A stretch of 24,000 nucleotides of DNA, taken from the NCBI RefSeq assembly GCF_007004545.3, contig NZ_CP045503.2, forward strand, positions 3,542,102-3,566,101, given 5' to 3'. Every line of letters starts with the position of its first letter. The first letter of the stretch is position 1. A program made the position numbers and the translations under genes. Below the pieces are notes generated by a model that had not been told where the DNA came from, made no database searches, and was given only the letters and a program-made list of their open reading frames with translations. Shown piece after piece: positions 8,211 to 17,806 of the stretch. Origin of the DNA: Shewanella eurypsychrophilus. Lineage in GTDB: Bacteria > Pseudomonadota > Gammaproteobacteria > Enterobacterales > Shewanellaceae.

Positions 8211-8301
8211 AGAGACTTGGGAAGCTAAACACTTAACTAGTCCCATGCGCGACCAACTAGTTGTAAATAAGTTACAGTTTAAGCCGCTTTAACCGTATAA
8301 G

Positions 8302-8342
8302 TTGACCAAGGTCACGAAATAAAATTACAGCTTTTTTATACT
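8302..8342 (+). promoter_or_regulatory. FNR/EtrA-type class II promoter for focA-pflB
   Basis: TTGAC-CAAG-GTCAC (8302-8315) matches TTGAT-N4-ATCAA at 8 of 10 positions. A TATACT -10 hexamer sits at 8337-8342. That places the site centre about 41 bp upstream of the predicted transcription start near 8349. Confidence 0.5.
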
Positions 8343-8456
8343 AGCGAGATAAGGAACCCATTTGCAAAAAATTAGGTTCCTTAAACCAGAAATCAAATTT
8401 ATATTAGATTTATTATCTAAAATAGTTTCACGATATAGGCATAGGTAAAGGCAAGA

Positions 8457-9335
8457 ATGAATAATAATCCAAGTCCATTTGATGCTAGCACACCTGCAGT
8501 AACGGCTAAAAAAGTTGAAGATGCTGCAGTTGTAAAGGTCAATCGCGACACGATATCTACATTACTGCTTGCCATAACCGCTGGTGTTTTTATTGGTTTG
8601 GCATTTGTGTTTTATATCGCAGTGACTGCCGGTGGGAGTGCGCTTCCATACGGACTGAATAAACTCATTGGCGGTTTATGTTTTAGCTTAGGCCTAATGC
8701 TTGTGGTTATATTAGGTGGTGAGTTATTCACCTCAACAGTTTTGACCATCATAGCTAAAGCAAGTAATCGCGTGTCCACTCTGGCCGTATTACGTAACTG
8801 GACCTTAGTTTATCTCGGCAATTTCATCGGTGCGATGCTGCTCGTTGGCTTAATGATCAGTGCTAAACATTATGAAGCCGGACACGGTTTAATTGGTCTA
8901 GGCTATCTCCAGTCAGCTCAAGCTAAGCTACAGTATACATTTGGACAGGCTTTTACCTTAGGCATAATGTGTAATGTCATGGTTTGTCTCGCCGTATGGA
9001 TGGCCTACGCAGGCCGCACTGTCACTGACAAATTACTCGCTGTCGTATTACCCGTAGCCATGTTTGTTGCGGCAGGGTTTGAGCATTGCATTGCTAATAT
9101 GTTTTTAATTCCTATGGCTATCATCACTAAGCTCGTTGCTACCCCCGAATTTTGGGCAAATGCTGGGGTCGACCCTAGCCTGTTTGCCGATCTAACTTGG
9201 AGTCAATTTCTACTCCACAATCTGGTTCCAGTCACATTAGGTAATATTGTGGGCGGGGCTATTTTCGTAGGACTCACTTATTGGTTTGTTTATCGTAGGC
9301 CTGAGCTAGATAAAGCCAATAACGATAACCGATAA
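8457..9335 (+). CDS. focA: Formate channel FocA (formate/nitrite transporter family)
   Basis: A 292 aa six-TM FNT protein with motifs GGELFTS and FEHCIANMF. It lies immediately upstream of pflB, as in enterobacteria. Confidence 0.93.
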   Translation: MNNNPSPFDASTPAVTAKKVEDAAVVKVNRDTISTLLLAITAGVFIGLAFVFYIAVTAGGSALPYGLNKLIGGLCFSLGLMLVVILGGELFTSTVLTIIAKASNRVSTLAVLRNWTLVYLGNFIGAMLLVGLMISAKHYEAGHGLIGLGYLQSAQAKLQYTFGQAFTLGIMCNVMVCLAVWMAYAGRTVTDKLLAVVLPVAMFVAAGFEHCIANMFLIPMAIITKLVATPEFWANAGVDPSLFADLTWSQFLLHNLVPVTLGNIVGGAIFVGLTYWFVYRRPELDKANNDNR

Positions 9336-9371
9336 CCGACAACCCAATTTTTAACTTAAGGTATTTGTGCT

Positions 9372-11654
9372 ATGACCGAAAAAACTGAACAGTTTGCCAA
9401 TGCATGGGAAGGTTTTACTTCTGGCGATTGGAAATCTGAAGTCAATGTTCGTGACTTTATCCAAGCTAACTACACCCCTTATGAAGGTAATGAATCCTTC
9501 CTAGCCGAAGCAACGCCTGCAACGACTAAGCTTTGGGATAAGGTCATGGTAGGCATCAAACAGGAAAACGCGACTCACGCACCTGTTGATTTCGATACCG
9601 AAAAGGTATCAACCATCACTTCACACGAAGCGGGTTATATCGAGCAAGAGCTTGAAACTATTGTTGGCCTTCAGACTGAAGCACCACTTAAACGCGCAAT
9701 GCTACCCAATGGCGGCATTCGTATGGTTGAAGGCTCTTGTAAGGCCTACGACCGAGAGCTAAACGCTGATGTTAAATATGTATACTCTGAGCTACGTAAG
9801 ACGCATAACCAAGGTGTTTTCGATATCTACACACCTGAAATCATGGGTTGCCGTAAATCTGGTGTCTTAACCGGTTTACCGGATGCATACGGCCGTGGTC
9901 GTATCATTGGCGATTACCGTCGTATCGCACTTTACGGTATCGATTATCTAATGGCGGATAAATTTACTCAGTTTGGTTCACTGCAAGCTGGTTTCGAAGC
10001 AGGTGAAGACTTGTCTTACACTATGCAGCTTCGTGAAGAGATTGCAGAGCAGCACCGTGCACTCGGTCAGATGAAGAAAATGGCTGCCAGCTATGGCTTC
10101 GATATTTCTCTACCTGCAACTAACGCACAAGAAGCGATTCAGTGGACTTACTTCGGCTATCTTGCTGCAGTTAAGAGCCAAAACGGCGCGGCTATGTCTC
10201 TTGGACGTACTTCAAGCTTCATTGATATCTTCATCGAGCGTGATATCAACAGTGGCCTGATCACCGAAGAGCAAGCTCAGGAGATGGTAGACCATTTCGT
10301 TATGAAGCTACGTATGGTTCGTTTCCTACGTACTCCAGAATACGATGAGTTATTCTCAGGTGACCCTATCTGGGCTACTGAGTCTATTGCTGGTATGGGT
10401 GTTGATGGCCGTACTTTGGTGACAAAGTCTAGCTTCCGTTTCTTACACACCCTATACAACATGGGTCCGAGCCCAGAGCCGAACATCACAGTGCTATGGT
10501 CTGAAAAGCTACCTTTAGATTTCAAAAAGTACTGTGCAAAAGTATCAATTGATACCAGCTCAATTCAGTACGAAAACGACGACTTAATGCGCCCAGATTT
10601 CGAATCTGATGACTATGCTATTGCCTGTTGTGTTAGCCCTATGGTTGTCGGTAAGCACATGCAGTTCTTCGGCGCGCGTGCTAACTTAGCCAAAACAATG
10701 CTTTACGCTATCAATGGCGGTGTAGATGAAAAACTTAAGACTCAAATTGGGCCTAAGTTTGACGCAATCACTTCTGAGTATTTAGACTTTGATGACGTTA
10801 TGGGTCGTTTTGACAACATGATGGATTGGTTAGCGACACAATATGTGACCGCGCTCAACGCTATCCACTTCATGCATGATAAGTACTCTTATGAAGCTGC
10901 GTTAATGGCACTTCATGACCGTGACGTTCGTCGTACTATGGCATGTGGTATCGCCGGTCTTTCTATCGCTGCAGATTCACTTTCAGCCATCAAGTTTGCT
11001 AAAGTTAAGCCAATCCGTGATGAGAATGGTATCGCTATCGATTTCGACATTGAAGGTGACTACCCTAAATTCGGTAACAATGATGCACGGGTAGATGATT
11101 TAGCCACTGAGCTTGTAGAGCGCTTTATGGCTAAAATCCGTAACATGAAGATGTACCGTAACGCGATCCCTACTCAGTCAATCTTAACGATCACTTCAAA
11201 CGTAGTGTATGGCAAGAAGACGGGGACCACTCCTGATGGCCGCCCAGCGGGTGCCCCATTTGCTCCAGGTGCAAACCCAATGCATGGTCGTGATGAGAAA
11301 GGTGCAGTTGCATCTCTTACATCCGTTGCTAAACTTCCCTTTGCACACGCTCAAGATGGCATCTCTTATACTTTCTCTATCGTGCCAAACGCACTCGGTA
11401 AAGATGAAGAGGGTCGCCGTGCTAATTTAGCCGCTCTGATGGATGGTTACTTCTCTCATAATGATAGTCGTGAAGGTGGTCAACACTTAAACGTTAACGT
11501 AATGAATCGAGAAATGCTCGAAGATGCGATTGTTAATCCGGACAAATATCCACAACTTACTATTCGAGTTTCTGGCTATGCAGTTCGCTTCAACGCATTA
11601 ACACCTGAGCAGCAGCAAGATGTGATCACACGTACCTTTACTCAAGGCATGTAA
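9372..11654 (+). CDS. pflB: Pyruvate formate-lyase (formate C-acetyltransferase)
   Basis: 760 aa. The catalytic Cys-Cys pair (IACCVSPM) is encoded at 10626-10631. The glycyl-radical motif RVSGYAVRF has its Gly codon at 11574-11576. The N-terminus [15 protein letters not shown] is typical of PflB. Confidence 0.97.
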   Translation: MTEKTEQFANAWEGFTSGDWKSEVNVRDFIQANYTPYEGNESFLAEATPATTKLWDKVMVGIKQENATHAPVDFDTEKVSTITSHEAGYIEQELETIVGLQTEAPLKRAMLPNGGIRMVEGSCKAYDRELNADVKYVYSELRKTHNQGVFDIYTPEIMGCRKSGVLTGLPDAYGRGRIIGDYRRIALYGIDYLMADKFTQFGSLQAGFEAGEDLSYTMQLREEIAEQHRALGQMKKMAASYGFDISLPATNAQEAIQWTYFGYLAAVKSQNGAAMSLGRTSSFIDIFIERDINSGLITEEQAQEMVDHFVMKLRMVRFLRTPEYDELFSGDPIWATESIAGMGVDGRTLVTKSSFRFLHTLYNMGPSPEPNITVLWSEKLPLDFKKYCAKVSIDTSSIQYENDDLMRPDFESDDYAIACCVSPMVVGKHMQFFGARANLAKTMLYAINGGVDEKLKTQIGPKFDAITSEYLDFDDVMGRFDNMMDWLATQYVTALNAIHFMHDKYSYEAALMALHDRDVRRTMACGIAGLSIAADSLSAIKFAKVKPIRDENGIAIDFDIEGDYPKFGNNDARVDDLATELVERFMAKIRNMKMYRNAIPTQSILTITSNVVYGKKTGTTPDGRPAGAPFAPGANPMHGRDEKGAVASLTSVAKLPFAHAQDGISYTFSIVPNALGKDEEGRRANLAALMDGYFSHNDSREGGQHLNVNVMNREMLEDAIVNPDKYPQLTIRVSGYAVRFNALTPEQQQDVITRTFTQGM

Positions 11655-11704
11655 CGCTATTTATCTTTATAAACTAAGATAAATTCGAGTGCATCAAAGT
11701 AGAT

Positions 11705-11737
11705 AAGTTAGGCTGTAGATAATACTCAGCCTAACTT
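11705..11737 (+). terminator. Intercistronic hairpin between pflB and pflA
   Basis: AAGTTAGGCTG-(11 nt loop)-CAGCCTAACTT is a perfect 11 bp stem 50 nt after the pflB stop. The T-tract is weak (TTAAATTAATTT), so it is likely a partial terminator or processing/stability element. Confidence 0.5.
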
Positions 11738-11756
11738 AAATTAATTTGGAGAAATA

Positions 11757-12497
11757 ATGACAGTAAAAGGTCGGATCCACTCATTGGAATCCTTTGGTAC
11801 CGTAGATGGACCAGGCATAAGATTTATCGCTTTTATGCAAGGTTGTTTAATGCGTTGCCAATACTGTCATAACCGCGATACGTGGGATCTACACGCTGGT
11901 CGTGAAGTCGAAGTTGACGAACTGATGGAACAGATCATCAGCTACCGTCCATTTCTAGAAGCCAGTGGTGGCGGCGTCACAGCGAGTGGTGGAGAAGCTA
12001 TATTACAAGCTCCGTTCGTTTCAGAACTGTTTGCCGCTTGTAAAAAAGAAGGTATACATACCTGCTTGGATACCAATGGTTTTGTACGAAAATACACCCC
12101 GATCATAGATGAGCTTTTAGATAATACCGATTTGGTATTACTCGATATCAAGCACATCGATGATCAAAAACATATCGACCTGACTCAGGTCAGCAATCAC
12201 CGCACACTAGACTTCGCTAAGTACCTACATAAAAAACAACAAAAGACTTGGATACGTTATGTGGTTGTCGGTGGGTTTACCGATGATATTGATTCAGCCC
12301 GTCGCTTGGCTGAATTTATTAAACCTATGAACAATGTTGAAAAAATTGAACTACTGCCCTATCACGAATTGGGCAAGCATAAATGGGAAGCGATGGGACA
12401 AGAGTATCAGCTCGACAATATCTCGCCACCATCAAGTGAAACGATGGAACAAATTTTGCAGGTATTTAAGGACGCTGGATTGAATGCTATTTACTAA
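11757..12497 (+). CDS. pflA: Pyruvate formate-lyase activating enzyme (radical SAM)
   Basis: 246 aa. The radical-SAM cluster motif [10 protein letters not shown] is near the N-terminus, within [26 protein letters not shown] at 11747-11750. Confidence 0.95.
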   Translation: MTVKGRIHSLESFGTVDGPGIRFIAFMQGCLMRCQYCHNRDTWDLHAGREVEVDELMEQIISYRPFLEASGGGVTASGGEAILQAPFVSELFAACKKEGIHTCLDTNGFVRKYTPIIDELLDNTDLVLLDIKHIDDQKHIDLTQVSNHRTLDFAKYLHKKQQKTWIRYVVVGGFTDDIDSARRLAEFIKPMNNVEKIELLPYHELGKHKWEAMGQEYQLDNISPPSSETMEQILQVFKDAGLNAIY

Positions 12498-12528
12498 GAC
12501 AGAATAAATTAGCTTCCAGAATAAAGCC

Positions 12529-12972
12529 TTAAAGCTCTTTCCAGTAAGAAGCATCTAACTGTTCAAAGGCCACTTTTAAAATAATGGCCATATCGAGATA
12601 GCAAGCTTTAGGACCCAGTGGGCGACAAGATATGCCCGCACTGCTCAACTTCTGAGTGAGTTGGTCACACCACTCAAACAGAGATAAAGGTAAAGGATGG
12701 TGGGCACGCCAACCTAACCAAAGCAAGCCCTGTATAGGCAAGCTGATAAAGAACAATGCAATTGTTAGCGCTTGAGGTAAGAAGGTCCAACCATGTATTT
12801 GGATTTGGCTAGCTCCAGCTAACAGTGCCAATAATGGCATAACAGGCAGCGCGATTTGTGTAGCACGAATAACGCGATACTCGGGAAAAAAGAGACTAAG
12901 TTGTCTGACCATAGGCCACGTCTTCATATACCGACGACCATCGCCTAACGTTTTGAGAACTTGAATACTCAA
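12529..12972 (-). CDS. yfbV: UPF0208 inner-membrane protein YfbV
   Basis: 147 aa. It aligns by eye with E. coli YfbV (..YxKTWP..., PxQGLxWLG..., C-terminal ..AFxQLD..). It is divergent from ackA exactly as in E. coli. The start at 12972 is a TTG; an internal ATG at 12927 is the alternative. Confidence 0.8.
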   Translation of the reverse strand: MSIQVLKTLGDGRRYMKTWPMVRQLSLFFPEYRVIRATQIALPVMPLLALLAGASQIQIHGWTFLPQALTIALFFISLPIQGLLWLGWRAHHPLPLSLFEWCDQLTQKLSSAGISCRPLGPKACYLDMAIILKVAFEQLDASYWKEL

Positions 12973-13165
12973 CTACAACACCTATTTTTACGGATACTGC
13001 ATTTACAATAGCACATGCAGCAATAGAGGCCCAAGGTCTAGCTGATGCTTAAATTGCAGTTCCATGCTCTGATAACAGAGCACGTCTAACGACTTCGGTA
13101 GAGACTGCTCACCAAGTCATAATTGTTCAGTGATATTTGGTCACTACATTTAATAAGGTTTAAAC

Positions 13166-14362
13166 ATGTCAAATAAACTGGTATTGGTACTTAACTGTGG
13201 TAGTTCATCACTTAAGTTTGCAATTATCGACGCCTTAACTGGCGATGACCAGATCTCAGGTCTTGCTGAATGTTTTGGACTAGAAGATGCGCGCATCAAG
13301 TGGAAGGTTAACGGCAAAAAGCAAGAAGCCAACTTAGGTGCATATACCGCTCACCGCGAAGCCGTTGAATATATCGTTAAGAATATTCTAGGTGAACATC
13401 CGCAAATTGCTGAGCAAATCCAAGCCATTGGTCATCGTGTCGTACATGGCGGTGAAAAATTTACTCGTTCAATGATCATCGACGAAACAGTCGTTAAGGG
13501 AATTGAAGACTGTGCCGCATTAGCACCACTGCATAATCCTGCACACTTAATTGGAATTCGTGCATCTCAAGCTGCATTTCCTGCGCTTCCACAGGTCGCC
13601 GTTTTTGATACTGCTTTTCACCAGACTATGCCTGAGAAAGCTTTCATCTACGCCCTTCCTTATAAGCTTTATCGTGAGAACAGCATTCGCCGCTATGGCA
13701 TGCACGGTACCAGTCACTTATTTGTGAGCCGCGAAGCAGCTAAAGTGCTAGGTAAAAAGATTGAAGATACCAATGTTATCTGTGCTCACTTAGGTAATGG
13801 TGCTTCTGTAACCGCGATCAAGGGCGGGAAGAGTGTCGATACCTCTATGGGACTGACTCCACTTGAAGGCTTAGTGATGGGAACACGTTGCGGTGATTTA
13901 GACCCTTCAATTATTCATCACTTAGTTAGCCGTTTAGGCTATACATTAGATGAAGTAAACAACCTAATGAATAAACAAAGTGGCTTATTGGGAATTTCTG
14001 AACTCACCAGTGATTGTCGCGGCATCGAAGAAGGTTATGAGCAAGGTCATAAAGGCGCCACATTAGCCTTAGATATCTTCTGCTACCGTCTAGCTAAATA
14101 CATCGCTTCTTACACTGTGCCATTAGGCCGCTTAGACGCGTTAATCTTCACCGGAGGCATTGGCGAAAACTCAGATCTAATCCGAGCAAATGTACTGAAC
14201 ATGCTAGAGATTTTCAACTTTGAAGTTGATAGCGAGCGCAATGCTGCCGCACGTTTTGGACAACAAGGTCAGATCACGACTGATAATGGTCCTGTTGCAC
14301 TTGTTATCCCAACCAATGAAGAATGGGTTATTGCAGAAGATGCAATCGCTTTACTAAAGTAA
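13166..14362 (+). CDS. ackA: Acetate kinase
   Basis: 398 aa, with [22 protein letters not shown], the HRVVHGG motif and the GIGENS motif. The SD is AAGG at 13154-13157 within the sequence TAAGGT at 13152-13157. Confidence 0.97.
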   Translation: MSNKLVLVLNCGSSSLKFAIIDALTGDDQISGLAECFGLEDARIKWKVNGKKQEANLGAYTAHREAVEYIVKNILGEHPQIAEQIQAIGHRVVHGGEKFTRSMIIDETVVKGIEDCAALAPLHNPAHLIGIRASQAAFPALPQVAVFDTAFHQTMPEKAFIYALPYKLYRENSIRRYGMHGTSHLFVSREAAKVLGKKIEDTNVICAHLGNGASVTAIKGGKSVDTSMGLTPLEGLVMGTRCGDLDPSIIHHLVSRLGYTLDEVNNLMNKQSGLLGISELTSDCRGIEEGYEQGHKGATLALDIFCYRLAKYIASYTVPLGRLDALIFTGGIGENSDLIRANVLNMLEIFNFEVDSERNAAARFGQQGQITTDNGPVALVIPTNEEWVIAEDAIALLK

Positions 14363-14377
14363 CAAAACTCATTATCA

Positions 14378-14462
14378 GTTTGGGCGAATTAACGCCCAAA
14401 CTAGTCACACTTAAGTTATGTTGGCGGAAATTTGTCGGCATTGTCAGATAACAGACAATGCC
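14378..14462 (+). other. Two stem-loops in the ackA-pta intercistronic region
   Basis: GTTTGGGCG-AATTAA-CGCCCAAAC (14378-14401) and GGCATTGTC-AGATAACA-GACAATGCC (14437-14462). Both are perfect 9 bp stems, and neither has a canonical U-tract. Confidence 0.45.
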
Positions 14463-14488
14463 TATTTAAGCGTCACTTAGAGGTTTTT

Positions 14489-16621
14489 ATGTCTCGCAAT
14501 ATTATGTTAGTTCCCATAGGTACAGGTGTTGGTCTAACCTCTATCAGTTTAGGTTTAGTTCGTGCATTTGAACATCACGGTGTTAAAGTCCGCTTCTTTA
14601 AACCCATTGCTCAGCAGCGCCCCCATGATACCGGTCCTGAGCGTTCAACCACTATTTTAAGTAAATCGCCAACGGTTAATCCACTTGATCCTTTCGATAT
14701 GGCTCATGCAGAGAGCTTAATTCGCGCTGAGAAAAAAGATGTATTGATGGAGCAAATCATTGCTCGCGTTACTGAACAAACCGATGATACAGAGACCTTA
14801 GTTGTTGAAGGGCTAGTGCAAACGCGTAATCACCCTTTCTCTAGTGATATTAACTATGCGATAGCTAAATCACTCGATGCGGATATTATTTTCGTGGCGA
14901 CACCAGGCAATGAAAGTGCCACCGCCTTAATGAACAGATTAGAGATTGCTCATAAAACTTGGGGTGGTAGTAAGAACAAACGCATTATCGGTGCAATAAT
15001 CAATAAGATTGGTGCACCAGTAGATGATGAAGGCCGTACTCGCCCTGATCTTTCAGAAGTATTTGATCATCAGGATATTCAGCGTCCAGATGCAGCAGGT
15101 ATGTTCCAGCTTCCTGGTAAGAGTTCACTGCGTATTCTTGGTAGTGTGCCATATAGTTTAGACCTCGTTGCCCCACGAGCATCGGATCTTGCGAAACACC
15201 TAAGCGCAAAAATCATCAATGCTGGCGAAATGAACCAGCGTCGCCTTCGTAAAGTCACCTTCTGTGCTCGCAGCCTGCCTAATATGGTCAATCATATTAA
15301 AACAGATTCACTACTCGTGACTTCTGGTGATCGCTCCGATGTGATTGTTTCTGCCTGTCTTGCGGCGATGAACGGTGTAAAAATCGGAGCCCTACTACTT
15401 ACTGGTAGCTACGAGCCTGAGCCAGAAATTATGGCGTTATGCGAGCAAGCTTTTGAAACCGGACTCCCAGTATTTTTGATTGATACCAATACATGGCAAA
15501 CTTCGCTAAATATCCAACGCTTCGATCATGAAGTTCCCGTTGATGATGCCGTCAGAATCGAGGAAGTTCAGGAGTTTGTTGCTAGCCATATTGATCAGAA
15601 CTGGATTGATAGTGTCACGAAAGACTCACCACGTGAACACCGCCTGTCACCACCAGCATTCAGATACAAACTGACTGAGCTTGCGCGCGCAGCCCATAAA
15701 ACCGTGGTACTGCCTGAAGGTAACGAACCAAGAACGATTGAAGCCGCTAGCATCTGTGCAGAACGTGGTATTGCTAAGTGTGTCTTGCTTGGTAACAGGG
15801 AAGAAATTGAACGTATCGCTCAACAGCAAGGTGTTGTCTTAGGCGAAGGGATTGAGATCATTGAGCCAGAAAGTGTACGCGAACGCTATGTCGAGCCTAT
15901 GCTTGAACTTCGTCGTCATAAAGGACTCACTGAAGTTGTTGCTCGTGAGCAACTAGAAGATAATATGGTATTAGGTACCATGATGGTCGCTCAAGGCGAA
16001 GTCGATGGAATCGTCTCTGGTGCGGTAAACACCACAGCTCATACCATACGTCCACCTTTACAGCTCATTAAAACAGCGCCTGGCTCGAGTTTAGTATCAT
16101 CAATCTTCTTTATGTTGATGCCAGATCAAGTACTGGTTTATGGTGATTGTGCCATTAACCCAGATCCAAGTGCTGAACAATTAGCTGACATTGCTATTCA
16201 ATCAGCAGAATCTGCAGCAGCCTTTGGTATTGAGCCAAGAGTCGCTATGATCAGTTACTCTACTGGTAGCTCAGGTACTGGATCAGATGTTGATAAAGTG
16301 CGAGAAGCGACGCGTATAGCCAAAGAGAAGCGTCCAGATCTCATCATAGATGGTCCGCTTCAGTATGATGCAGCCGTGATGCCAAATGTGGCGCAATCTA
16401 AAGCACCAAATAGCCCTGTAGCCGGTCAAGCTACCGTATTTGTATTCCCGGATTTAAATACCGGTAATACCACTTACAAAGCGGTACAACGAAGTGCAGA
16501 CCTTATCAGTATTGGTCCAATGCTGCAGGGGATGCGTAAACCGGTTAATGACCTATCCCGTGGTGCGTTAGTCGATGATATCGTTTACACGATTGCCCTA
16601 ACAGCTATCCAAGCTTCCTAG
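14489..16621 (+). CDS. pta: Phosphate acetyltransferase (long form: DRTGG/P-loop-like N-domain plus PTA_PTB C-domain)
   Basis: [34 protein letters not shown] matches the E. coli Pta N-terminus (MSRIIMLIPTGTSVGLTS...). SD AGAGG at 14477-14481. The ORF-track start at 14432 adds 19 unsupported residues. Confidence 0.95.
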   Translation: MSRNIMLVPIGTGVGLTSISLGLVRAFEHHGVKVRFFKPIAQQRPHDTGPERSTTILSKSPTVNPLDPFDMAHAESLIRAEKKDVLMEQIIARVTEQTDDTETLVVEGLVQTRNHPFSSDINYAIAKSLDADIIFVATPGNESATALMNRLEIAHKTWGGSKNKRIIGAIINKIGAPVDDEGRTRPDLSEVFDHQDIQRPDAAGMFQLPGKSSLRILGSVPYSLDLVAPRASDLAKHLSAKIINAGEMNQRRLRKVTFCARSLPNMVNHIKTDSLLVTSGDRSDVIVSACLAAMNGVKIGALLLTGSYEPEPEIMALCEQAFETGLPVFLIDTNTWQTSLNIQRFDHEVPVDDAVRIEEVQEFVASHIDQNWIDSVTKDSPREHRLSPPAFRYKLTELARAAHKTVVLPEGNEPRTIEAASICAERGIAKCVLLGNREEIERIAQQQGVVLGEGIEIIEPESVRERYVEPMLELRRHKGLTEVVAREQLEDNMVLGTMMVAQGEVDGIVSGAVNTTAHTIRPPLQLIKTAPGSSLVSSIFFMLMPDQVLVYGDCAINPDPSAEQLADIAIQSAESAAAFGIEPRVAMISYSTGSSGTGSDVDKVREATRIAKEKRPDLIIDGPLQYDAAVMPNVAQSKAPNSPVAGQATVFVFPDLNTGNTTYKAVQRSADLISIGPMLQGMRKPVNDLSRGALVDDIVYTIALTAIQAS

Positions 16622-16644
16622 AAAAAACTCTATCTAGCGTATTC

Positions 16645-16679
16645 AAAAACCTCTCATCCTACGGGTGGGAGGTTTTTTT
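16645..16679 (+). terminator. Rho-independent terminator of the ackA-pta operon
   Basis: AAAAACCTCTCATCC-TAC-GGGTGGGAGGTTTTTTT: a stem of about 9 bp with G-U pairs, followed by 7 T residues, 24 nt after the pta stop. Confidence 0.9.
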
Positions 16680-16790
16680 ATGTCTGTTTGTTTTGTCTAA
16701 TTAGCGATGAAGTATGGCTTACAAGAGGATCTGATAATCAGAATAGTTGAATATTTGCCATGGTTCCGAAAAATAGAATAGATTCGCAAC

Positions 16791-16799
16791 TGTGGGTAA
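16791..16799 (-). promoter_or_regulatory. DnaA-box-like 9-mer (TTACCCACA on the minus strand)
   Basis: 8 of 9 match to TTATCCACA. A single one-mismatch box is expected by chance in a window this size. It is noted only because of the paired boxes 116 bp downstream. Confidence 0.3.
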
Positions 16800-16914
16800 C
16801 TGATGAAGTAGCAGAAAAAAGCCACCACAAACCAAGAGGTGTCACTTTTTAACCAGTGCTTTTTTAACTTAGTAAACAGTAAGTTAAAAGTTATGCATCT
16901 AGTCTTCAACATAC

Positions 16915-16937
16915 TTGTCCACAGATTCTGTGGATAA
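16915..16937. promoter_or_regulatory. Convergent pair of DnaA boxes: TTGTCCACA-gattc-TGTGGATAA
   Basis: The right box is a perfect TTATCCACA on the minus strand (16929-16937). The left box matches 8 of 9 on the plus strand (16915-16923). Together they form a 10-of-12-per-arm quasi-palindrome. Confidence 0.55.
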
Positions 16938-17084
16938 CAAGTTAAAGTCACTCATTCAGATATGCCTGATATATCACCAAAGGTCAAGAACTTTCATAAA
17001 AATAAACAAATTAGCTGACTTGCCAACGTTTAGTAGAATAGAGATACTGGCAGCCACTCACTTTACTCTTAACAATTATATTAT

Positions 17085-17516
17085 ATGAGAATATTGGCTT
17101 TTATCAGTTTAGTTTTTCTGTTCGGCTGCAGCCCGGACAATTCAAGTGCTGAAGCAAACCGAACACCTGAACAGGTTTCCCTCGGCTTTTTCAATGCGAT
17201 ATATGTTGATCGTGATGTGGAAAAAGCCAAACAATTTGTCAGTGAGCCCATGCAAGAAGTACTCACACATTACTATATTGCCTCAGCAGTACAACGACAC
17301 GTCCTTAACTTATCAATGACTCAAGTCCAGATGGAAATTGAAGAGATAGATATCGACTTTTTCAGAAAATTTACCGACGATGTTACTGTGATAGTTAAGA
17401 TGAAAGGGCTCAAAGCTGGTCAACCTTGGATAGATGATAGGACCATACGCCTACATAAAGACGGTTCTAGCTGGGTTATCGTTGAAGTGTTACCAGAGAA
17501 AGGTAACTTAAACTAA
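17085..17516 (+). CDS. Hypothetical lipoprotein, DUF4878/NTF2-like small periplasmic protein
   Basis: Signal peptide with lipobox MRILAFISLVFLFG-C-SPDN. The mature part (PEQVSLGFFNAIYVDRDVEKAKQFVS ... IRLHKDGSSWVIVEV) has the pattern common to DUF4878 lipoproteins. No strong SD. Confidence 0.75.
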   Translation: MRILAFISLVFLFGCSPDNSSAEANRTPEQVSLGFFNAIYVDRDVEKAKQFVSEPMQEVLTHYYIASAVQRHVLNLSMTQVQMEIEEIDIDFFRKFTDDVTVIVKMKGLKAGQPWIDDRTIRLHKDGSSWVIVEVLPEKGNLN

Positions 17517-17553
17517 GTCATGGTCAATAGATCACTTGATATATTTCACCCAC

Positions 17554-17588
17554 AAAAAAGAGCAACCTAAGGCTGCTCTTTTTTTTCT
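17554..17588. terminator. Bidirectional rho-independent terminator
   Basis: AAAAAAGAGCA-ACCTAAGGC-TGCTCTTTTTTTT has an A-run and a T-run flanking the stem. It would serve the lipoprotein gene (plus) and the candidate mini-ORF at 17628-17726 (minus). Confidence 0.75.
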
Positions 17589-17627
17589 GGCCGAAACCAG
17601 TACAACTCATGAATTGAGGATTATTCC

Positions 17628-17726
17628 TTAATCCAAAAACGCTTCTTCATCCTTTTCTATAGGTAAAGACTCAATCACTTCATCTTGTATTTGATAATAT
17701 GCGCTTTCGTATTCTTGAACTTCCAT
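17628..17726 (-). CDS. Candidate 32-aa highly acidic mini-protein (MEVQEYESAYYQIQDEVIESLPIEKDEEAFLD), below the ORF-track cutoff
   Basis: ATG at 17726 is preceded by GGAG (17732-17735) with a 5 nt spacer. The stop TAA is at 17628-17630, followed about 40 nt later by the bidirectional terminator. No homology recognised. Confidence 0.3.
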   Translation of the reverse strand: MEVQEYESAYYQIQDEVIESLPIEKDEEAFLD

Positions 17727-17806
17727 AACAACTCCGAATTACTTGTTTGTAAGGTCTGAGGCATATCATTACTTTGATGATATTTGGCCAAGATAGGAAG
17801 TGGCAG

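Noticed and set aside
8099-8236. 45-codon ORF spanning the PdhR box and the attenuator-like hairpin
   Set aside because: No SD within 15 nt of the ATG; the AAGGAG at 8061-8066 is 32 nt away. The composition is unremarkable. It is mentioned only as a remote leader-peptide possibility.
9324-9344. Tandem heptamers GATAACC-GATAACC-GACAACC across the focA stop codon
   Set aside because: There are only three copies, one of them imperfect. That is too short to call a functional repeat or a slippage-prone contingency tract.
14432-14488. 19-codon N-terminal extension of pta from the ORF track
   Set aside because: The extension starts at a non-ATG codon and overlaps the second intercistronic hairpin. 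The E. coli-like N-terminus MSRNIML begins at ATG 14489, which has its own SD.
16697-16951. 84-aa minus-strand ORF in the gap after pta
   Set aside because: No SD. The composition is odd (rich in C, W, F, Y and K, with no domain-like pattern). It lies in AT-rich sequence where long ORFs arise by chance, and the DnaA-box palindrome sits inside it. I treat the region as non-coding.
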